From the NCBI RefSeq assembly GCF_018350175.1, contig NC_058368.1, positions 238,516,001 to 238,580,000 on the forward strand: 64,000 nt of DNA, given 5' to 3'. The DNA comes from Felis catus. Taxonomy: Eukaryota. Position 1 is the first letter of the stretch; each line of letters opens with the position of its first letter. Below are positions 37,748 to 47,900 of this stretch, piece after piece. The notes under the pieces are model-generated. The model saw only the letters and a program-made list of their open reading frames with translations, did not search any database and had not been told where the DNA came from. The position numbers and the translations under genes were made by a program.

Positions 37748-37967
37748 TTATTTTTTTTTTTTATTTTTCAACGTTTATTTTTGGGACAGAGAGAGACAGA
37801 GCATGAACGGGGGAGGGGCAGAGAGAGAGGGAGACACAGAATCGGAAACAGGCTCCAGGCTCCGAGCCATCAGCCCAGAGCCTGACGCGGGGCTCGAACT
37901 CCTGGACCGCGAGATCGTGACCTGGCTGAAGTCGGACGCTTAACCGACTCCGCCACCCAGGCGCCCC
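37748..37967 (-). mobile_element. Young SINEC_Fc-type element
   Basis: Near-identical to the copies at 18923 and 35679; TSD core CCCTCCATTTATTT at 37734-37747 and 37970-37983. Confidence 0.92.
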
Positions 37968-40077
37968 TACCCTCCATTTATTTAAAACGTTGAATTTGTA
38001 GTGAAAATCTTCCCACGACGGAAGGACAAGATGGCTTCGTGGGTGGATTCCACTGAACGCTGAGGGAAGAAATAATAACGCCACACAGGGTCTTCCAGAA
38101 AACTGAAGAGAATGGAGCGCCTCCCGTCTGGCCGCACCCTCGTGTCAAAGACGTTGCCGGAAAAGAAGACTATGGACGGTGCCTGCCGAACACGTGACTC
38201 CAACCAACCACTGCACCTGCCACCACTCCCGTCCCGCGTCACACTCGTGCGTCCGCATCCCTGCTCACGTTGCCTTCCGTCATCAAGGGCCTCCCTCTCG
38301 AAGTCCATTCCTCAGAAAGTTGGCTGCTGGCAAAATCCTTCAAGGTTGGTTCAGATGCAAAGGTCCTAATGCCCCTCATCTTTACAGGCCACGTGTTCCC
38401 CGGGTGCCCACCCCCACACCGTCGGTGGGTCCTCATCAGCCTGCAGTCACGTCGTGTTCCTCTGTCCATCCTGGCAGAGTATTCATGTCTTCCTTCAACA
38501 ATAGAGAAATCCCAGCCGCTGTCTCCCCGAGAGCGCCTCTCCCCTCTTCCTGTTCTCTCCTTCCAGGACTGTGGTCTGTTCTGACCTCTTAATCGGTTGT
38601 TTCCTGTGTCCGGCCTCCTGCTCTCTGTGCGTCTTTCAGTCCTGTTTTCCACGTTGCTAAGTCTCTCTCCTTTGGTACCTGATTCTCCCTATTTAATCTT
38701 GTCTTATTTGCTAACGCATATAATTCCAGACGTTCTATTTGACTCCCTTCAAGCCGCCTGGTCTGATTTCAGGGGCTGGCCCTGTACTCACGCCGTACCT
38801 TCCGCTGTCGTTCCCGGATGCAGAAAACAAGTCCCGCTACAATATGGACCCTTCCCAACAGCTGCAGACTTTGCGTATCTGGTTCTGCTGCTTTGTTGTT
38901 TGACCCTGCTCACCCTCAGTCATGCTTTGTCGTGCGCTTGGAGGGTTTTGATTGTGTGTTCACATGTGGCTGACGGCAGGAATCCTGAAACCCAAAACGT
39001 TGAAGACCCCTTCCAGGAGGAGCTGGAGCGTGGCCGTCCACATCTGCTGGGAGCCAGGGTCTCTGTGGACACGTGATGTGTGGGTCTTCCCGGGGCCTTG
39101 AGTCACACAGGTGGAGAGACCAGATAAGGTAGATTTCTGAAAATTACAGTAAAAAGTGTAGACTCTATTCCTGGAGCCATGAGCAGATGTTAACAAGGAC
39201 AACCAGACGTGCGGTGTTCTTATCTGCTCTTCGAAGTCATTCTGGATGCCGCAGGGCTGGGGGGGGGGTGGGGGGGGGGGTTGGTGAGCGAGATAGGAAG
39301 CCTGTTGCAGCCGACCAAGTAGGAGGTGAAGCAGGGGAGTCGAGGACGTCTGGACCAGCGGCTCTGATCGTTATCCTTCACGGCGGCAGAGCCGTGCCCC
39401 TTGTGACCACGGGAGTTCTCGGGGAACAGGCAGACGCCCGGGTCTGCTGCCCTCACCTCCTTCCCTGCTCCCTGTCGTTCCCCACCTCGTGCCGACGGCA
39501 ACCAGCGGCCAGTCACTGGTTTGCCCCTTCCTGAGTGTCCAGGAAGTCAGCCTTGTCGCTGGGCCTTGCCCGCCAGGGAGCCGGGATGCGGCCGGCGGGG
39601 GTGGGGGGCGCGTGCTGTTCGCAACATGAGAGATTAAGGACATGATTCTGTAAGTAAATTCCACCTTCCAGCCTCCAAGTGGGTAATTTTATCTTACCAT
39701 TTTCTTAAATTTCGACAAATAAGTTTTAAGAGTGCGGAAATCCAGAGCTGGGCACACAACAGGAACCGAGCTGTTTGCCAAGATACAAGAACCAGATACC
39801 TGCACTCGGAGGGATTTTAGCCCTAAGTGCTTTTTATTGGTTTTCCTCGGGCGGTTGAGGGCGGGAGAGAGAGTACACAAAGCGGTGGAAGTAGGTCAGG
39901 GTGGATTAACGTGGCAGAGCAGCCAGGGGAGGGGGCGAGCGGCGTCTTCCACTAAGGGGATGGGAAGCACGGCCCTTCTCCCGGGGAGCTGCCACCCGGC
40001 CTCCCGGCCCCAGGGGCCGCGTTTCCCGAGGCCCCCGCCCCAGCTCGCTGCCCCGCACCAGCCGCGCGCGCTGCGGA

Positions 40078-40137
40078 CACAGGCCCTGCACTTGGAGAAG
40101 CTGGGTCCACAGGCCCTGCACTTGGAGAAGCTGGGTC
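40078..40137. repeat. Perfect 30-bp tandem duplication
   Basis: CACAGGCCCTGCACTTGGAGAAGCTGGGTC twice. Confidence 0.95.
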
Positions 40138-43100
40138 TGTGTCTGGCTCCGCCCCGAGTGATGGGGGATTTGGGGAAGCCGCCGCCCCTGAACCCGTAGG
40201 AAAGGACGATGCTCGCGCACCCGCTTCCCAGGCTGCTCAGAGACAGCAGCGAATGTGCGAAAAGCTGCCAACAAGGCCCGTTGTCCCTCTGCGGCTCCTG
40301 CTCACCAGTAAGGGCAGCAACTCCATGGGGCGTGGCCTGGGCGACGCGGGCGCCAAGCAGACACCTTTTTACTCTGCTCACAGGGACCTGTCCCGCAGAA
40401 CGGGGCACGGAAAATAAAACGGGGGCTGCTCTCAGCCCCAGGTCGGGGTAAGAGTAGCAGCAGGAACCAGGGGCTCCCTGGATCCAGAGAAGCTGGGAGA
40501 CCGACAGACACCGAGGTTCCTGGGGCCACCCGCCACCCGGGCGACTGGAAACCGGCAGGGCTGGCCGGGCGGCCGCTGCTGCCCACGTGGGTGCTCCACG
40601 CTGCCAGGCACACGGCCCGTGTCCTCTGCTCCGTCCCCGTTACGTGTTGGTTTGTTACGATTTCAAATCCACTTGTTTGTGACTTAAGCTGTCTTGATGT
40701 CAGGGTGAACTTCTTTACTCTGGGGAGGCTGATGGGGGGTGTTGTCTCAGACACCTGTTGCTGAGAAGCACTCGGGTGCAGCTGTGGGTGGGGACGCAGA
40801 GACGCAGAGATGGGAGCACACGGAAGAGCAGCCCTGATGGGGGGGGACTTAGGGGGGCTCCCGGATCTGGCAAGGCCGGGCTCCGCCGGTGTAAACAGCT
40901 CAGCAGCGGCCAGGCGGCTGCCACCGCGGTGAAGCCGTGCAGCAGCCCAGAAGGGGTCCCCTTCCCGCCGACACGGCGCCCACTCCCGGCTGGCCCGGTC
41001 GACACCTCTGAGAACCCACTCGTAGAAAGGTGCACCCCAAGTGAGTCGGACACTATTCCTTCCATCTCCCCCTTGCCTGGGACACTAGTGTGACGTGTGA
41101 CCCATCTGCCATTGGCTTCAGTGTGCTGTTCCCGCGTTGTTTATTCAGAGACGTCATCGCACACACGGCCGGCTCGGGTGAGAACCCCCACAGCGAGCCT
41201 GTGTTAGATTCGTGGGAAGACAGTGACAGTCTCCGAGGGCGGTTTGCCTCAGACAAAAGAACCCTCTTCCCAGTGGGGACATGTGGCGGCTTTGGGTCCC
41301 TGGGGTGCCACACGGAGGTCCCGCTACACCGCCCACTTAGCTTCTGGAAAACACCCCCGAGCCCCAGGTCCCCAACCCTGCTTCTGCGCCCCTCCCTTCA
41401 GCCCGTGTGGTTTGGACGGTGCTCCTCCCGTGACTCCTCCCCTGTGCTCCCTGAGCCGCGTTCCCTGCCCACGGGGTCCCGGAGTCGCAGCTGCCCATGC
41501 CCAGGCGCCCCCGTGCCTCCCTGGCGGCCTGCAGACAGTCCACACCACCTCGGAGAGGCCCCCAGAAGAATCGGTGAGGGCAGCGAGTGCCGGCGAGAAG
41601 CCACAGCAGCGGAGCCCTCTGGGGGCCGGTGCCGCTGGGAACACTCAGCCCTGCAAACACAGTGGACGGTGGGACCCGACACGGCCCTCCCGGACCTTCA
41701 TCCAGGAAGACGATGAGCTACGTGATCAGGCACAAAACCCCGTCTGCGAACACGGACAGCAGCTCTATCCGCAACAGCTCTGAGGCAGAGGGTCCCAGAT
41801 GTCCTTCCAGAGGCACGCGGTCACGTTAACGTGCGTCCCCGGCACAGGACCGCACTGCCCCCACAAGAATGGCGCTGAGTAGAAAGTCAGTCTCCATTTA
41901 CATCTAATCCTCAAAACGACAGTTTGGCTGCAGAGCCGGCCGGCGGTTGGGGCTCGGGTGCCGGAGGGCGGAGGGGGGGGGGAAGCAGCGCGGTGCCCAT
42001 GGTCCGCATGGTGACAGCAGCGCTGGTCACGCCCACAGGGCGGAGAGAGGACAGCGGGCTCTGTGCACGTGCCGCCCCAGGCTCGGCGTGCTGGCTCTGG
42101 CCGAGGGTCAGCCGGGTCCGGGAGATCATCCGTCGGGGCACCAGGACCAGCACCCGGAGCCACAGCCTTTTAACAGCTGTGTTCTCTGTCACGCTGAGCG
42201 TCGAGGCCACGGTGGGCCAAGGATGCCACGTCCCGTCCCGGACCCTGGGGACGTGGCCTTGCCTGGCACCAGGGACTCACAGCTGGCATTTCTCCAGGAG
42301 GGTCAGAGTCGGGGGCACGCAGGCCGAGGCAGAGGCTGGCATCACAGCAGCTTGGAGGGTGCGGCACGGAAGGCCCTTCCCGGGAGCAGGGACCAGCAGG
42401 GCTTGGATCGCGCCGGCCCGTCTCTCGGACCCCATTTCTCTCTTGTGCTGCCTTCACGGACAGCCTCCACGAAGACGCCGCCTTGCGCTGTGTTCGTGTG
42501 GGCCGTGGCCTAACGGGCTGACACCTGTCGGGAGTTGATGCGTATTTGCCTGGGAGGTAAGGGGGAGGGCACCCGGTGGGGGAGGGCGCCTGGCCAGCAT
42601 GCCCCCCAGAACCCCCCCCCCGGTCCCCCTGCAAGCCCCTCCCCGCACTGCCACCCAGAGCCGGCTCCCTTGCCGGGGCGGCCTGCCCACGCCAGCCCCC
42701 CAGGCCCTCAGCCCCGTGGCAGCCCACGAGCGTGTGGAGCAACTTGCTGCCTGCTGGGGAACCACGGACTGACCCTCCCCCCCCCCCCCCCCCCCCCCCC
42801 CCCCAGGGCTCAGGTCAGGCCAGCAGGGCTGGCGCTTACAGAACGGCGTTTTCCTCCCTTTGCTCAGACCACCCTCGTCACTTTCTGGAATCCCTCGTAG
42901 ACCGGGGACAGATGGCCTACGGACACCCTGCAGCTCCTCCCCCAGCTCCCTGCACACGTTGTCAGCCGTCTCCTGACGTCAGCCTCTCTCGCACGTGCTG
43001 CGCCCCCCGTGCACGGGCTGGGGGCCCCTGCAACTCATGCACCGAACGGACAGCACGGCGGCATTCTGGGCTCCTGGCACAGACGCCACTCTGTTTAGAA

Positions 43101-44279
43101 ACCTGGAGGGGGGAGCCGTGACGCCCACAGGCTGCCTCCCAGAAGGCCCCGCACGAGACCGTCGTACTTTATCTTAAGCCAACAGCACAACTTTCTCCTT
43201 GGAACACTGTTCGTGTTTACGGCGCAGTGACTTAAGACCACCCACTTCTCAACACAGGTTAACCACACACGTACGGCCAGGGGGAGTATCCTGGAGAGGA
43301 GTGATTTCCATTCAAGCCGGGGGGCGTTTCCTCACCGTCAACACGGTATCGATCACACCGGTAGTCTTCTGCCTCACTTTCTCCCAGCCTCCTTTTTCCT
43401 TTTTAAATATGTTTTCTGAAGTCTCTCCAGATGAACCAGAGTAACTTTGTTTTTGGAAAAGAACAAATTTCCCCCAGCAGTGCCAACCCTCCAGTGGCCG
43501 AAACGAGCAGTTCTCAAACAACCTTGGAGATTCCAGTGCTCCCTCCGCAGAATTCTAGAACAGCAGCACGTAATCCGAGTATTCCACAGAAGGGCAGACT
43601 GCCCAGCGAGCCCAGTAACTATGCAAACCCTCTGCCCCCTCGGGGCCCAGAGGGGAGGCCTGTATAAATGCTACAGCCAGGAATAAAAGCAATTTCCCGA
43701 CTCAGCTTCTTACATTATTAAAGGTTAACATTTGTTTGGCCATCCAGTGTTTGCCAAGCTCGGGCACGTCGTCCCCGTCAGCCTCCTGAGACGCAGAGGT
43801 TTGTCTGCTTCTTAGGGAGTCAAACTTGGACACACGGTGGCACCTGGGTTCAGGTGAAATCTCATCTGGGGGGCTCCTCCGAAGTGCCTTGTTCAAGTGT
43901 CATGACCAGCATTGTCAAAACTGGCCCCCTGGTCTGGGTGGGGGGTGGTCAGTGTTGTGGGGAGTTTCTAGCTGGGCCGCACGGGGGGCTTCTGGCTCTT
44001 CCAGGGGCGCTGCAGGCAGGTCCGTGACCTGCCGGCAGAGGCTCTGCGTCTGAAAGGAGCCTGCAGATGATGCCGCGGGGGTCGTGGGCCTCCGATCTCT
44101 CCCCTTCCTGTCTGGACATGGTTTAGGAGGGAATTGATTTAGGTTTTTTGTTTACGGTGGGGCAACAGAAGCCTAAGAACCTGAAAAAGAAAGCCCACAG
44201 CCCAGGTCAGGAGGCGGCCGTGCCAGCAGCTAAGTGCTGCCGCCACCAGCTCACTGCCCACCGCCCTCAGTTACCCCCC

Positions 44280-44760
44280 AGGCCCACGTGGACCAGCGCT
44301 GACGACCTTGGTCCTTGCGCATCTTCGCACATTTGCAACCCTGCTCCTTCCATCCCACTCCCACCCCCCGCTGGAGCCCCAGCTCAGTGCCTGGACCACG
44401 GCCTACGTGGCAGTGACAAACCACAGGCCCCTCTCAGGAGGCGCTGAGCGCGCACCAGGTGCCCCACATTAGGGCTCCCCCCGGGGTACTCCCCAGGTGA
44501 CCCCCCTGACTCCATCGCTGCCCACTGTGCGACCCTCGCCGGGACTGCAGCGTCCTGGAAGGGCTCGTGGTCCCTGGGCGGGGAGGCTGCGGTCAAGGGA
44601 CGCAGGGGGCTCGCCACACCTTCGTGCGAACACCCCGAAAGGCGCCTCCCCGGCCAGGCCCCGCCCCTTCCTCCGCGAAGCCCCGCCTCTTCGCACCGAC
44701 ACCCTCATCCCCCCCTCCGGGCCCGCCCCTTCCTCCCGCGGACCCCGCCCCTCCCCGACC
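44280..44760 (+). promoter_or_regulatory. TERT core promoter and 5' edge of the CpG island
   Basis: TATA-less; multiple CCCCGCCC GC boxes at 44659-44750; TTCC ETS cores at 44668 and 44730; CACGTG E-box at 44285-44290; C-rich strand implies G4 potential on the template strand. Confidence 0.8.
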
Positions 44761-44979
44761 ATGCCGCGCGCGCCCAGGTGCAGAGCGGTGCGCGCCCTGC
44801 TGCGTGGCCGCTACCGCGAGGTGCTGCCCTTGGCTACCTTCATGCGGCGCCTGGGGCCGCAAGGCCGGCGGCTCGTGCGGCGCGGGGACCCAGCGGCCTT
44901 CCGCGCGCTGGTGGCCCAGTGCCTGGTGTGCGTGCCCTGGGACGCGCGGCCGGCCCCCGTCGGCCCGTCCTTCCGCCAG
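44761..44979 (+). CDS. TERT: TERT exon 1 (coding part)
   Basis: [11 protein letters not shown]...PSFRQ|gtgggc, 219 nt. Confidence 0.96.
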
Positions 44980-47900
44980 GTGGGCTGCCCTGGGGACCCC
45001 GCTCGGGCCTGCCGGGGTGGGAGAGGGAGGGCTGCGCGCTCAGGCCCCGGGGCGCCTCCGTCCCCAGCACCTCGGGACCCCTCCACCCCGCAGGTGTCCT
45101 GCCTCAAGGAGCTGGTGGCCAGGGTGGTGCAGAGGCTCTGCGAACGCGGCGCCAGGAACGTGCTGGCGTTCGGCTTCGCCCTGCTGGACGGGGCCCGCGG
45201 CGGGCCGCCAGTGGCCTTCACGACCAGCGTGCGCAGCTACCTGCCCAACACGGTAACCGAGACCCTGCGCGGCAGCGGCGCCTGGGGGCTGCTGCTGCGC
45301 CGTGTGGGCGACGATGTGCTCGCCCACCTGCTGACGCGCTGCGCGCTCTACGTTCTGGTGGCCCCGAGTTGCGCCTATCAGGTGTGCGGGCCGCCGCTCT
45401 ACGACCTCTGTGCACCTGCCGCCACTCGGCCCCTCGCCACCTCCGGCCACCGGCCTGGGACGCGGATGGACCTCAGACCCACGCGCCAGGCCCGAAACGC
45501 GGGCGCGAGGCGGCGTCGGGGCGCCGGCGGGAGCAGCCCGCCTCTAGCCAAGAGGCCCAGGCACGACGTGACCCCAGAGCCCGAGCGGGGGCCAGACAGG
45601 CCGTCTTCCCGGCCCCCCCCGGGCAGGGCCCACGGGCTGAGTGGCGGCGAACCTGGCGCAGTGACATCTGCCAGGGCCGCCGCGGAGGCCAACTCCGGGG
45701 AGGGAGGGCCCCCTGGGACTCGGCTCACCTCCGCAGGCGCACAGCTGTCTCGGCCCCAGGGCGTGCCCCTATCACACCTATCACACCCTGAGACCAAGCA
45801 CTTCCTCTACTGCCCGGGAGGCAAGGAGCGGCTGCGCCCCTCCTTCCTGCTCAGTGCCCTGCGGCCTAGCCTGACAGGGGCCCGGACACTCCTGGAGGCC
45901 ATCTTTCTGGGCTCTAAGTCTCCGCGGCCAGGGGCTGCCCGCAGGACTCGCCGCCTGCCCGCTCGCTACTGGCGGATGCGGCCCCTGTTCCGAGAGCTGC
46001 TTGCCAACCACGCCCGGTGCCCCTACGACGCGCTCCTCAGGACGCACTGCCCGCTTCGAGCCCCGGCCCCTGCGGAGGGGTCTAGCCGCGGGGTCGGCGG
46101 GGGGGCGGGCGGCTGCGCCCTGGGGCGGCCCCCGGGAGCCCCCGGAGGCCTGCTCCAGCTTCTCCGGCAGCACAGCAGCCCCTGGCAGGTGTACGCTTTC
46201 CTGCGGGCCTGCCTGTGCAGGCTCGTGCCCGCTGGACTCTGGGGCTCCGGGCACAACCGGCGCCGCTTCTTGAGGAACGTGAAGAAGTTCGTCTCCCTGG
46301 GGAAGCACGCTAAACTCTCGCTGCAGGAGCTGACCTGGAAGATGCGGGTGCAGGACTGTGCCTGGCTGCGCGGGAGCCCAGGTGAGGAGCCCGGGCGAGC
46401 AGGTGCCTGCTGGACCCCTGCCAGCCTTCCCGCACAGGGGATTCCTGCCTGAGGTGGGCGGTCCACCTGACCCCACCTGGGACCCCCTCCCGGCCTGTTT
46501 GCATGCACCTGCGAGGTTCTGACGGATTCAGGCAGGCCCTGGGTGCCAGGGACAAGCAGTGATCAGACGTGACACACACACGGGCAGGGCTATGGCAACG
46601 GACGGAAGTGTCCAGAAGCTCTCACGAGCGTACCTGCACGTTGTTCGTCGTCCTTTCTGACTTCAAGGTTTAGCACCTTGAAACGGTGCCGCACGGATAG
46701 GAGTGGCCGCTGGGATGAGAGTCTGCTCCTCTGGGGGCGGGAGATGAGGTTCCAGGGTTTCCACACACATCCGCTCAGCCAGCATGCGGGTCTGAACGCC
46801 ACGGCAGGGCTGGCAGAGGAGGATGGGGCCCCAGCCCCATCTTTTGGAACAAGGGGGTCCCCGGGGAGCAGCGGGGTGCTCTCCTGCCTCAGGGAAGTGG
46901 GCTGCCTGCGGGGCCTTGACTCTGAAGCTGGGCCCGCGGCCTCCCTCCCGCTTTCGTTGTCTGGGCTTGATGTTGAGTTTTCTCCGGTCCAGCCACCATC
47001 CAGCCCCCTTCCGGCCAGCACCCTCCTCCTCGGCACACCGGTGCCGGGAGTGCCAGGGACCAGCCAGGACAGACCGGGTGTCTGCCACTTGGCCTCCCCC
47101 GAGCTCCCAGACATCTAGATCGAAGAAAACCGCGGAGGTTGGCAGCTGGGCTGTATGTCGCAGGCTCCGGTGGTGGGGAGGGCTGGGCATCTCCAAAGAT
47201 CTTCCTTACAGTGGCCTCTGCGGGGGGCAGTTCCCCAGAGGCAATGGGGCCAGCTGATGGCAGGCAGCCAGGGCGACCTTCTGATAAGTTGGGTTTGTAA
47301 GTTGTTTTTTTTTTTAACTGGGAGAACAACACACAGCAGCGGCCTGTTCTCCCAACAAATAACTGTGCAGGAGACACTGCCGAGAGTAAGCGTGCTGTCA
47401 CACGGCAGATCTCTAGAACGTTCTCGCCTGACGTGCTGATGTATCCATAACCAGCGGCTCCCTGCCCCGTGCCACGTGGATGGGCCTCGAAGGGTCCGGC
47501 ACCCTCGGACAAGCCTCCACAGGGCTTGCGCTCTCGGGCCGTGGCTCCCTTTGTGGAAAGGGTTGAGTTCTGTGGCTCTGTCCCAGCTTCACACGAGGTC
47601 TGCCGTGCCTCTGTGCACCGCACACGGAAGGGGGCTGGTGCTCCCCTGGGGAGGGGGGGCCGAGCCCCTGCACCTCCCTGTGTCCCTGCACACTCGAGCT
47701 GTGGCTCTGGCCATCTGCTCCTTCCCAAGGCCGTGGTCGCACCAGTTGCCCACCCGGCCGGATAAACGATGCAGGGACAGCCTTGGTCTCTAAGCTCTGC
47801 TCTGGCGGTCGTGTCTTCTCACCCCCTGCACCCCCCCCTCCCCACTGCTGGAGCACCCCTTCCTCTGTGCAGGTGCTCAGTTCGCAGCCCCCGGGCTCCC

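Larger units (their letters stand above)
34560..38170 (+). mobile_element. Degraded LINE-1 (ORF1 through ORF2 endonuclease region) carrying four SINEC insertions
   Basis: Translation LTINVNGANTPVKRQRLPDCMK near 36295-36360 resembles the L1 ORF2 endonuclease N-terminus; catcaagaggacaagataatcctgaacgtttatgtgcccaataacagagcttcaaaatatatgaagcaa. Confidence 0.85.

Noticed and set aside
41858..41878. CTCF site CCACAAGAATGGCGCT upstream of TERT
   Set aside because: One extra base breaks the core spacing; not supportable without a motif scan or ChIP.
44497..44760. 88-codon in-frame GTG-initiated N-terminal extension of TERT
   Set aside because: Runs through the core promoter; lack of stops is expected at this GC content and there is no TSS evidence upstream.
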